A DNA stretch of 64,000 nt from Tetramitus jugosus (lineage: Eukaryota > Protista > Heterolobosea). Below, in pieces: positions 23,060 to 32,802 of this stretch. The notes under the pieces are model-generated. The model was not told the DNA's origin. It worked only from the letters and a program-made list of their open reading frames with translations, and made no database searches. Within the stretch, counting starts at the first letter, position 1; every line of letters starts with the position of its first letter. The position numbers and the translations under genes are program-made. The stretch spans positions 310,001-374,000 of the forward strand of contig OW569376.1 of assembly GCA_937625935.1 (NCBI GenBank), given 5' to 3'.

Positions 23060-24477
23060 ATGAAAAATTTCTTGACAAAACATTCCTATCTGAGTGCGAA
23101 AGCAAAGGACTCTCTGCTCCATTATCACTACTGTGGAACCGATGGTTCTTTTTTCTCAATGATCCTCAATCCATTCTGGGAGAGATGTGCCTCCATGTTA
23201 CCCTCCAAGATTGCACCCAATCTTGTAACCTTTTTGGGATTCATTGGTGTTCTTGTTGCGTTTGCAACAATGTTCTTTTATAATCCGGATTTGGATGGTG
23301 GAAGCGTAACACCTCAATGGGCCTTTTATTTGAGTGCGTTCCTATTGTTTTATTATCAGACAATGGATGCGATCGATGGTTGGTATTATTCATGTTTTTA
23401 ATCATGATGACGGTGGCGATCATTGTGATGTAGTTATTGTTGTGATTGTTGATTTGTCGCTCAGCTGTGTGCGATTCGTCTTTTTTGTCCTCGATTTCTC
23501 ACACTAGTGATCTTGCTTATTCGTGTGTGGATTTTTTTTGATGAAATTTGGTGCATGTGAAACAAATCGTGTATGAACAAAATTATGAATGAACAAATGA
23601 ACAATATATAGGCAAGCATGCTAGAAATACAAAGTCTAGCTCTGCGTTGGGCGAATTGTTTGATCATGGATTGGATGCTGTTACGACAATGTTTCAAACG
23701 ATAATCATTATGGCTTCTCTGCAGTTGGGGCCTGGTTATTGGTCCTGTCTAACCATGTTTCTCATGTATATTACCTCTTATTTGGTTATTTGGGAGGATT
23801 ATGTGACTGATGAGTTGCGATTTGGTGCTTTGAATTCACCTACCGAAGCAATTCTTTTGGCTGTGAGCATTTTGGTGGCTACAGGTATGATTGGTTCTCA
23901 ATTTTGGTTAACCAATATCTTTGGTACCTCCTTGAACAAGTGGGTGATCAGTGCATCGACTCTGTTGGCTGCTAGTGTCGTGTATGACACAATTAAGAAC
24001 GTGTTGACAAAGGCTAGAGGCGGAAGCAATAATCGTGCAAATTCTATTGGTGGTATCGCTGGAGCTCTTCGTGGTTTGTGGCCCATTTTCGGTGTCGTTG
24101 CCCTCTATGTCATTTATTCAATCGCCGCTCCAGAGTTGGTACATAACCATATTGTTTCCTTTGTGTGCTCCTATGGATTGTTGGGAAGTTACATGCAAAC
24201 GAGAATGATTTTGGCTCGAGTTTGCCATGAGACCATTCCTATTGTACAAACCATTTTGGTGCCATTACCGTTTGTTGTTTTCAATGCAGTATTTATTAAG
24301 TATAATGTTGTGTTTGTTCACTCATTGTATTTGATTTATATTCTTGCATGTTACAGCCATTTGGTTTATAATGTGATTACTGAAATTACTTTGGTTTTGG
24401 GCATTGAGTGCTTCTCACAAAAGAAGCATCCACGAGTGGAGAATGGCTTTGCTGAAGTGAAGACAAAATCTCAATAA
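23060..24477 (+). CDS. CEPT: Choline/ethanolamine phosphotransferase (CDP-alcohol phosphotransferase); intron 23379-23611
   Basis: APNLVT; splicing restores [26 protein letters not shown], the DG(x2)AR(x8)G(x3)D(x3)D signature. Confidence 0.93.
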
Positions 24478-24504
24478 AAGACATAAAAGTTGGGTGAAAC
24501 ATTA

Positions 24505-26838
24505 TTAATTCAATTGTATTTTTTCAATATCAAGCTTGTAAGAGCTCGATTGTAACCGCACAACCATTGGCACCGAATAAATGGACCATTGGGACCTATT
24601 TTGTCTTCTTTGAATTTGGAAAGCCTGTTTAGGTATGGCAAAGAGCTTGAGAGTGATGACTCGCGATAGTTCGTTCTCTTGCTTCTCAGGACCTTCCACA
24701 ATATTTAATTTCAGATATGTTGCATCGCATCCAGACAGCTTGTGCAAGTATTTTTGCGATATGTCAACAGAGAATCCATTGTTAGGGTGGGTAATCATGT
24801 GTGTGTCCTTCTTTGTGTGGTTGGAGAGAGGAACAGTCAGCAACTGTTTATCCTCCAAGTCGAGAAGCATGCAGAACCAGTAGCTATCAGAGTCAGCTGC
24901 CTGTGCGACCTTGAGGTACACTTGTTCTTGAGTATTGAGCTCCACCACACCAGTTGTCGTGCAAGATGAATCAATTGGCTTGAATTTATCATTTACCTTC
25001 ATCAAAGGCTGGACGTGAATATCACAATGTTCATTGGATTCTGTTCTCATCCGTTTCAGCTTGTACATTTCAGATCTCTCTTCTTGTGTATCTAGGCCGA
25101 ACTCACTCATTGTTAACATGAACTGGTGAAGTTGTTCAATTTGCAATGGTGGAATGAATTGTCCTGGTTTGTCCTCACAGTTGCTCATAATCTTTGTGAG
25201 TTGCTTTGTCACCGCTTCCTGGAACAACTGTTGAGCCTCCATAGCCTTCTTGATTTCATTAGCCTGCTTCTCAAACATGGTTGCTATCGTTGCACTGATT
25301 GGAGGGTCTACTACATCAGTGTGGTCTGGAGAGTGTGTCGAAGGAGACATTCTTGGAGATTCTGCACCAACATCATGGCCAATCTCATGGCTTTGATCTT
25401 GGTCAGTAATGGTTGGACTGGTGTTGGACTGGTGTCTTGAATGGTTCATTTCTCTGCTCTTTTGCTTTCTTATCTTGACTGCCTCAGGTAGTTTTGAGTA
25501 CATGAAGAACTGACTGCTGATAAATGTCAGCTGACTCGTTTCCATACTCACTGTCGAGTTTCCACATTTGCTGTACAGACCAATGGCATCTGGTTGCAAA
25601 TGAAGCACAGTGACAAAACGAAGAGGAGAGTGAGTGATACCAGATTTGACAGGGAAGCCCTTTTGACATCTATAAACAAACTTCCAGCTTTGATCATAGA
25701 AGCAAAAGTCATTGCTTGCTGTTTCATCTGGTGAAGGGCCTGAGAGTGTCGAGTCTCTTTCCTCGTCTTCTAGCTCTTCAATCTTTCTCTTTCTTTGTTT
25801 TTTGCTACTCGTGTGATTCGTCGTCGTAGCATGGTTTGCACTGGAGGTACCTGAGGCCTTGCTGTCATCTGGAACAGAAAACACAATTGTTCTCTTGTTG
25901 TTGGTCTCCTTTTCACAGTACACTGTGCATTTGATCAAATGAGAGCGATGAATATTGGTTTCGACTAAGATGTGAATCTTCTTCTGACCTTCATCTAACC
26001 AACACTCTCCCATTTGATCAAAACGACCATTTACAATCTTTACATTGCAGAATGGTTCAATAGCTTCATCTTCCTTGGAAGGTACAGCACTGTGAGAATG
26101 GGAGTGGCTCGTAGAGGTTGTTGCTGTCATGGGTATTTGAGGAGATCTTCTTGTTTGTGGGCTGGCAGTTCTTGCTGGGACAATGATATCATCCTTTTGT
26201 GCAACTTCATGTTGTAGCTCTGAGTGGTTGTGAGCTTCTTGTGAAGTGTATGATGGTTGGTGATGGTGGAAGTTTGTGCGCTGGTGGTGTCGGTTAAATA
26301 AGTGGTCAACCGAGGAATACAAGCGCGGAGAATTTTCCCTTGGTGTATTTGTTTGTTGAAGTCCAATTTCCCGCATCGAAGGAAGCACACATGCGGAGGG
26401 AGAGGAGTTTCCACCTTGACTAACCGTAGAAGTGGTTGGAGAGGAAGGACCATAGAGCCGTTGTGAATTATTGGATGGAGAGCTCGACACCAAGTGAGGT
26501 GTCGACGATGTCGTCATTGACGATGGAATGAACACATTGGAGGCTGAAGGTGCTGCTGCTGGAGAATGAGAAGATGAACTGCTGCTACTCGATGATGATT
26601 GGAAAGAAGAGTTGTGTGATGTTGGTGTTTGGTGATGATGTGAGTGAATGACGTGGTGATAAGGAGTTGTTGTCGTACTCGTGTGAGAGTAATGAGGGGC
26701 AGGTGAGCCGTTGCCACCGTCTCTATACAACGTCGTCGAATTTGGTCCGTATTGGTAATGATAGGATTGCATATGGTGAGGATGATGAATCTGTTGTTCG
26801 TGTTGCTGCTGTTGCTGCTGTTGTTGTTGACTGTACAT
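24505..26838 (-). CDS. Hypothetical 777-aa protein with Q/H/S-rich N-terminus, basic NLS-like motif and possible beta-sandwich domain
   Basis: Long ORF; KKQRKRK motif; no confident family match. Confidence 0.7.
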   Translation of the reverse strand: MYSQQQQQQQQQHEQQIHHPHHMQSYHYQYGPNSTTLYRDGGNGSPAPHYSHTSTTTTPYHHVIHSHHHQTPTSHNSSFQSSSSSSSSSSHSPAAAPSASNVFIPSSMTTSSTPHLVSSSPSNNSQRLYGPSSPTTSTVSQGGNSSPSACVLPSMREIGLQQTNTPRENSPRLYSSVDHLFNRHHQRTNFHHHQPSYTSQEAHNHSELQHEVAQKDDIIVPARTASPQTRRSPQIPMTATTSTSHSHSHSAVPSKEDEAIEPFCNVKIVNGRFDQMGECWLDEGQKKIHILVETNIHRSHLIKCTVYCEKETNNKRTIVFSVPDDSKASGTSSANHATTTNHTSSKKQRKRKIEELEDEERDSTLSGPSPDETASNDFCFYDQSWKFVYRCQKGFPVKSGITHSPLRFVTVLHLQPDAIGLYSKCGNSTVSMETSQLTFISSQFFMYSKLPEAVKIRKQKSREMNHSRHQSNTSPTITDQDQSHEIGHDVGAESPRMSPSTHSPDHTDVVDPPISATIATMFEKQANEIKKAMEAQQLFQEAVTKQLTKIMSNCEDKPGQFIPPLQIEQLHQFMLTMSEFGLDTQEERSEMYKLKRMRTESNEHCDIHVQPLMKVNDKFKPIDSSCTTTGVVELNTQEQVYLKVAQAADSDSYWFCMLLDLEDKQLLTVPLSNHTKKDTHMITHPNNGFSVDISQKYLHKLSGCDATYLKLNIVEGPEKQENELSRVITLKLFAIPKQAFQIQRRQNRSQWSIYSVPMVVRLQSSSYKLDIEKIQLN

Positions 26839-27555
26839 GTCTTTTTAGGGTTGTGTGGTTGGATAATGTTGTTGTTTGCTGGATGTGGAATACGAGTGAG
26901 GGGTAATTACGGATTAACTTAAAGCTCAGAAAAAGGAAGAAGTTTTCAGTGGTGTTTAGGTTGTACTTTGTGAGTCATTCGTTTGTTTTTGGAGGACATA
27001 GTGGGTGGATCTGTGCGTGATAAGCTTACAAAACGCCAATGGGACGGACACGGACTTCAGGTGTTTCGGCCAATTCTTTTTCTCTCCACCGGATCCGAAG
27101 AGATTTGTACCCACAAAATCACGTGTGTCTGATATTTTCGGCCCTTCATCTTCCTTGCATTTTCCTCGGTCTTATGAGATTTCAGGTAGAAGGTTCATGG
27201 AGAATTGGGAATTCGGAACAAAGTTAAGCTACGAAATATTCGCCATGTCCGATAATACCACGCAATCCGCAGCGAATAATCGAGATAACATGAAGTGCCA
27301 TGCAAACGTACCCAAAAGTATCGTAGGTTACGCAGTTTTTCGGCCTTTATCTCATGTCAACTACTATTTCGCCACTAGAAAAGAATATCCTATTGTGCAT
27401 TGGTTTTATTTTTTGGGTGCGCTGAAGTTGTAGTTGTAGATCCGATTAGAAGTTACCAAAGGGAGATCCAGAGTGAGTTCCTCCGCTTCTACAATGAACT
27501 GAGTGATAACATTTACAAGCACAAAAACAAGAGAAATATTTAATTATGAATCAGG

Positions 27556-29016
27556 ATGAAAAATGGAAGCAACCACAATGGTAGAAAACAAACACCATCG
27601 TTTTCTTTGGCTGAACACTTGAAAAATACACCTATTCCTGCTTCACCACAACAGGACATGAATAGTTGTGATGAAATTACTTCCAGAGACATCTTGTTGT
27701 TAAAGTCCTGTGTTTCGGTGGATGACAGTTTGTCTCTGGATTTCGAGATTCCAATAGAATCTCCTGTGAGTCACCACATGAGAGAAAAAGAAAATAAGAG
27801 GAAAACTCAGCAACCACGGATCCCTTCGAGGGAGATAACAAGAGCTGATTTATTCGCAAGGGACTATGACAATGCAATGAAAAAGATCCACCATCCATTA
27901 TTATTGGCCATTATTGATGCAATGGCGTTCGCTGGATTGCTGCTAAAGCTGGTATGGCCTGCGGTCTATCCATTTATTGCTGGACCCAACCGAGCAGGAG
28001 TTTCAAAGGTAGCCCAGTATCTTCCCTATTTAGCTCTTGTTTCTATATGCTTCGTCTCTTTTTTGTTCTGGCCCCTATCTTATATTGGTGGGCTGCGCAG
28101 ATACAGTGGAATGGCTCCATCTTTTGTGTTTCATATCGGTTACACTGTGGCAAACATTATACTACTCGTTGTTCATGACCACAATTTTTGGTGGTTATTG
28201 CTGATGGATTTACCGCTGTTCGCTCATTCTTTGATAATCTTTAGTTGGCAGAACTATCAGATGCATATCGAAGGATCAGAACACAGGAGGCTTGTTATGA
28301 ACGCATACTTCACTCGTCCTGTTCAACATTTACAAGCTTTTCTGTTTATAACTTTGGAATATGTTGATACCTACCAAGGTTACTACTCCTACTGGGCACA
28401 TAAGAATGCTGTAGGGCCGATACGATCTTCGTACATCGCATTCGCAGCCATTAACAGTTTTTTAATACCGGTTGTTTTCATCATTTCATCCAGTATAGGT
28501 TCAACCACTCCCAAGGATTGGTTTTTGAAGAACGCATGTTGTGGGTGTATCTATGATATGAGACGTAATTTCGCTTTGAATCTCATTGACTTTTTCACTG
28601 ATGTCCCATTCATCATCATCAAGTCTATTGACTTTAAAATCAGTATTGTTTCAGGAGGATGGTTTAAAATTACTCTGTATGTATTTAATATCCTGATGTG
28701 TCTCAAATCTCTGATCATGGGAGTTTTTGGATTGTTCCTGGTTTTCGTTCTGGGATGTGACAATGATTGTTATGATTGTACTCGAGTCTGCAATAAATTC
28801 CCTGTTGGGGATTACCGTTTAGAGGATATTAAACGAGTGTTTAGAGAGACTCCATGGAGATTTTTCATCATATGTCCCCTTCTTCCTTGTTTTGCTTACC
28901 GGGATTCATTCTGTGGTTGTTTGCCAGATTGGATTGGACAACAAAGAAGAGCCGAGCAGGAAATCAGTATTCAAGAAGTGGAACTTGATTGTTCACAAAC
29001 TTCCTCTATCCAATAA
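27556..29016 (+). CDS. Hypothetical multi-pass membrane protein (486 aa)
   Basis: Long ORF with about 7-8 hydrophobic segments and a Cys-rich tail. Confidence 0.7.
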   Translation: MKNGSNHNGRKQTPSFSLAEHLKNTPIPASPQQDMNSCDEITSRDILLLKSCVSVDDSLSLDFEIPIESPVSHHMREKENKRKTQQPRIPSREITRADLFARDYDNAMKKIHHPLLLAIIDAMAFAGLLLKLVWPAVYPFIAGPNRAGVSKVAQYLPYLALVSICFVSFLFWPLSYIGGLRRYSGMAPSFVFHIGYTVANIILLVVHDHNFWWLLLMDLPLFAHSLIIFSWQNYQMHIEGSEHRRLVMNAYFTRPVQHLQAFLFITLEYVDTYQGYYSYWAHKNAVGPIRSSYIAFAAINSFLIPVVFIISSSIGSTTPKDWFLKNACCGCIYDMRRNFALNLIDFFTDVPFIIIKSIDFKISIVSGGWFKITLYVFNILMCLKSLIMGVFGLFLVFVLGCDNDCYDCTRVCNKFPVGDYRLEDIKRVFRETPWRFFIICPLLPCFAYRDSFCGCLPDWIGQQRRAEQEISIQEVELDCSQTSSIQ

Positions 29017-29081
29017 AAGTTTTGATAGGTCATGTCAACTGACACTAGTTGTAATCCGTTACCCACAACTCAAAAAAGAAA

Positions 29082-31583
29082 ATGAACCGAGACAACGAAA
29101 TATCTATCCTTTTACCAGATGCACGTCAATGTTACCAATCAGGAGAGGAACTCTGTGGCTCCATCCAATTACGATTGTACTCTCAAGTGAATGTTGAAGA
29201 GCTAGTGGTTGTATTTTATGGTGTTGAAAAGACAAACCTTCCAGAGAGACCACAAGAGAATAACAACTTTATCACAAAAGCTATTTCTCTTGAGCTTCAA
29301 AACAAAGAAAAAAGTCAAGATACTAACTTGTTAAATATAGGCTTGCATAATGTTCCTTTTTCAATGAGACTACCAGAGAGATTATCCCCAACATTCATCC
29401 ATGAGAAAAGTTTCGGTTTCATCAAGTATTTCTTGCAAGTGGTTTTCACTACAGCAAAGAATTCGCATGACAATCAAAGTGTAACCAAAACACTGGAGTG
29501 TGCCAAGACAGAGATCCCTGTTTCAGTCAGGGGTTCTTCGCTTCATTTCTCAGATCCTGATTGTTGTTTGAACCAATCTATCGGTGATATCAGTTTCATG
29601 ACAGACAAAAGCTATCGAATCGAGTGCATAGCTTCCCTGGACAAGAAAATTTATACACCAGGTTCTGCTCCTAAATTAACTATCAACATACTGAATGCTA
29701 GTGAGAGTAGAGTATCGTCTGTTACCACAAAGTTAGTCCAGAATATTCAATTTGGTAGCAATGAGAATGAAATTGTTCTTCTGGACGAGTATGTTGAATT
29801 GGGCTATACACGAGCAGGAATGGTTCTACCAAACTCGAGGTTAATCGACAAGAGAGTATTAACAGTTCCTCTAGATGCAGTCGAAACCATCAACCAACAA
29901 CAATATCCCAAACTGAGGTTGATATCGATTCAGTACTATGTCGATGTTCTTGTGGATAGCCAAACAAACAGTCCACTCCACCTGAAGGTGCCGCTCATTA
30001 TTTCCAATTCTTTAGATGGTGATGATACACATAGTATTTCTGATGCTCTCAACGAACAGTGCAGTCAATACGTTGCGGAAATCAACACTTTTCCAACTCC
30101 CAAAGGACAAGACGAACTTCAATCCTCCTACAGAGGTTATGGTGTTAAAACTAACACAAATCTGGTTAGTATCTCTTCTCTATTGCGAAGTGAGATATCT
30201 AGGTCGGATACACCCACCCCTTTAAGATATCAGAATGAGAGACCTTACTTGATGGACTCTCCAGTTAGCAGTCACTTTACTTTAGACGGCATTCACGCTC
30301 CTTCATCCATTCCACGCTCTCCAAGGGACAAGAACACTCGACATCTGAAGTACCACCCACTCTCCAACACCTCTGACAAAGGAGATAGGGTCACATCTCA
30401 TCAACAAGAGACTCAGAAGATGGATCTGAATAGAAGATTCAACCAGAATGAAGTTAGTATCCAAACTGATATCCTCGTGGAGAGTAATGGAGGAATTCAA
30501 CCAAAAACTCCTCATTCAGAAGAAGAATTAAAAATCTTAATATACTTGGATAGTCCAATGCACAAAGAAGGTGTTTCAAAAGAAGAAACTAGAGTTGAAG
30601 AGCCTGAGTACTCTTTCCTCACCAATGAAAAACTGGAACAAGATGAACTAGAATCTAACAAAAACAACGATTTAATCACAGTTTCTAGAGATGAGGATAC
30701 TATCAGGTACAACAATCGAGAGAACGGAATTAAAACTCTCAGTAGTGATCTATCAAGAAACAGATCTTCCGGAAGCCCTGTAATCGAAACAGTGGAGATT
30801 GGATTCGAAAACGGAGGACGGTATGTTGGACAACAAGAAGATGGAGTAATGAATGGTTTAGGAGATTACTTCTATCCTAATGGTAGCGTGTATCGAGGTC
30901 ACTGGTCCAGTGGATTGAGACATGGAGCGGGGAGACTCGAGTATTCTGACCAGAGCGTTTATCATGGAGAATGGTTCAATGATCTTAGACATGGTTTTGG
31001 TGTCTACACAACTGAACACTATCAATATGAAGGACATTGGTCTTTCAATCAGAAACATGGAGAGGGGATTATTTCCTATAGCAACGGAGAGAGATATGAT
31101 GGAGAGTGGCTATCTAACTATCCTTCTGGAATCGGGGAATATGTTTTTAGAGATGGATCAAAGTATTCTGGACAATTTTCTAAAGGTTTAAGACATGGGC
31201 ATGGTTCATTGTTTTATAGCGATGGATGCACTATCTACGATGGCGAGTGGGTGTTCGACAAGAAAAATGGGTATGCGAGAATCACCTTCATTAATGGTGT
31301 CTACGATGGAGAGGTAAAGAACGATGTGAAAGAAGGAATGGGAACCTATCGTTACAACAATGGAGATTCTTATGAAGGATATTGGTTCCAAAACAAGAAA
31401 CATGGTAAAGGTGTGTACAAGTTCAACGAAGGAGGATTGTACAATGGTTCCTGGGTCTGTGGTGTAAAGCAAGGGGAGGGGGTTTTAGAGATGCCTGATG
31501 GGACCTTGTACGCAGAAAACTGGAATAATGGGGCTCTCACCAGCAAAGTTCGATTGGACAACAATCGAAACCCACAGTCCTAA
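29082..31583 (+). CDS. Arrestin-fold (N and C domains) protein with C-terminal MORN repeats
   Basis: YQSGEELCGSIQL...VPFSMRLPERLSPTF...GFIKYFL (arrestin_N); LDKKIYTPG...INILNAS...ISIQYYVDV (arrestin_C); about 10 YxGxW/F...HGxGxYxY units from about 30800. Confidence 0.85.
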   Translation: MNRDNEISILLPDARQCYQSGEELCGSIQLRLYSQVNVEELVVVFYGVEKTNLPERPQENNNFITKAISLELQNKEKSQDTNLLNIGLHNVPFSMRLPERLSPTFIHEKSFGFIKYFLQVVFTTAKNSHDNQSVTKTLECAKTEIPVSVRGSSLHFSDPDCCLNQSIGDISFMTDKSYRIECIASLDKKIYTPGSAPKLTINILNASESRVSSVTTKLVQNIQFGSNENEIVLLDEYVELGYTRAGMVLPNSRLIDKRVLTVPLDAVETINQQQYPKLRLISIQYYVDVLVDSQTNSPLHLKVPLIISNSLDGDDTHSISDALNEQCSQYVAEINTFPTPKGQDELQSSYRGYGVKTNTNLVSISSLLRSEISRSDTPTPLRYQNERPYLMDSPVSSHFTLDGIHAPSSIPRSPRDKNTRHLKYHPLSNTSDKGDRVTSHQQETQKMDLNRRFNQNEVSIQTDILVESNGGIQPKTPHSEEELKILIYLDSPMHKEGVSKEETRVEEPEYSFLTNEKLEQDELESNKNNDLITVSRDEDTIRYNNRENGIKTLSSDLSRNRSSGSPVIETVEIGFENGGRYVGQQEDGVMNGLGDYFYPNGSVYRGHWSSGLRHGAGRLEYSDQSVYHGEWFNDLRHGFGVYTTEHYQYEGHWSFNQKHGEGIISYSNGERYDGEWLSNYPSGIGEYVFRDGSKYSGQFSKGLRHGHGSLFYSDGCTIYDGEWVFDKKNGYARITFINGVYDGEVKNDVKEGMGTYRYNNGDSYEGYWFQNKKHGKGVYKFNEGGLYNGSWVCGVKQGEGVLEMPDGTLYAENWNNGALTSKVRLDNNRNPQS

Positions 31584-31651
31584 TTTCGCGAAATAAAATC
31601 TACCGCTCAACGGTTGGGGGAGGATTCCATCTCAGCACCAACAACAAAATA

Positions 31652-32752
31652 ATGTCCACAATTCCATCCAAGTATGTTCCACATAAACTGAGAGCTCATA
31701 ACTCTAAGAATATTGAACATCCAAGAGATGCATGTATACCTATAAAATGCTCTTCAGGGGTTTTACAATCATCCATTTGCTTAACCGAGAAACGACATGA
31801 GAATAGACCTTATGTTTTGATGCATTCTATAAAAGAGTTAGACTACGATGTTACTGGTAGAAAGCTGTTGGAAGACGAATTAGCATTGAACCAAAAAAAT
31901 ATAGATAAGGAGGGTGTGCAGAGACTCATCAAGGACATGAGATCAAAACATTATGACTTGGGTACCGATGAATCCACGGGCGCCTCGGTTTATGGCAAGG
32001 ATTTTGTATCCAATGATTCTTCTCACTTACATGAGAATAAAGCTAATCTCGTTCGATTTGGATCAGACATGGGAATGACGAAGGTACTAAAGTTGGGAAC
32101 GAACACTGGTTACTTTGTGTCTGAAATGGACAGAAACAACTGGAATGATCAAACACTGCATAACACCAAGTACAAGAATGATTATCGCAGCCCTGGAGAT
32201 CAATTAGTTCAAAACAAAGCAGTCGGACGAGATATCCTTCTAGATTCTCATCATAAAACTAGACAACAATTGAGACAAGAGAGATTACATTCTCCCGAGC
32301 TCTCTGATCCAAACCTCGCAATGCAACAGGCTCAGATGAAGATTCAACAAGAATGCAAGGATATAAAGAAGGATATGGTGAGAAGTCACTTCTTTTTGGG
32401 AGACGACCCAGATACATTGACGACAACTCACAATCGAGAATTCATCCAACGAGAACCCGAAAAGAATGACTCACACTTCGGAGCAAAAGAAATGGGAACT
32501 AGCACGATTGTTCTGGGCCATCAGAGTGTAACTGAGAGAATGGATGACTATAACACTGTTTATTCAAGTGAACTATGTCAACCTGCACAAAACAGAGATC
32601 CACAAACCCAAGCGAATCGACCCAATGCAAGAGACGACATTAAGAAAAGAATGAACAAAACAAGTGTAACTTTGGGTAGTGACGAACCGCATGGTCGTTA
32701 CACATCTCAATACAAGGGAGAATTCAGACCCATATCCTACATAAAACCATAG
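31652..32752 (+). CDS. Repeat protein resembling SAXO5/TEX45-type ciliary microtubule-binding proteins
   Basis: Five spaced units: SKHYDLGTD..SVYGKDF, VLKLGTN..SEMDRN, SHFFLGDD..TTHNREF, STIVLGH..TVYSSEL and TSVTLGSD..SQYKGEF. Confidence 0.5.
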   Translation: MSTIPSKYVPHKLRAHNSKNIEHPRDACIPIKCSSGVLQSSICLTEKRHENRPYVLMHSIKELDYDVTGRKLLEDELALNQKNIDKEGVQRLIKDMRSKHYDLGTDESTGASVYGKDFVSNDSSHLHENKANLVRFGSDMGMTKVLKLGTNTGYFVSEMDRNNWNDQTLHNTKYKNDYRSPGDQLVQNKAVGRDILLDSHHKTRQQLRQERLHSPELSDPNLAMQQAQMKIQQECKDIKKDMVRSHFFLGDDPDTLTTTHNREFIQREPEKNDSHFGAKEMGTSTIVLGHQSVTERMDDYNTVYSSELCQPAQNRDPQTQANRPNARDDIKKRMNKTSVTLGSDEPHGRYTSQYKGEFRPISYIKP

Positions 32753-32780
32753 GCGCCTTCCCGCCAAAAATTTGGCGCCA
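32752..32780. promoter_or_regulatory. Tandem E2F-like sites (TTCCCGCCAAA at 32758-32768, TTTGGCGCC at 32771-32779) just upstream of condensin II G2
   Basis: Both match the TTTSSCGS consensus, in opposite orientations, within a 50-nt intergenic gap. Confidence 0.55.
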
Positions 32781-32802
32781 TTCCACTCACAAGCACAAAA
32801 AA

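Noticed and set aside
27005-27433. 142-aa GTG-initiated ORF in the largest intergenic gap
   Set aside because: It has no recognisable motif and lies in a divergent promoter region with CCAAT boxes; more likely non-coding.
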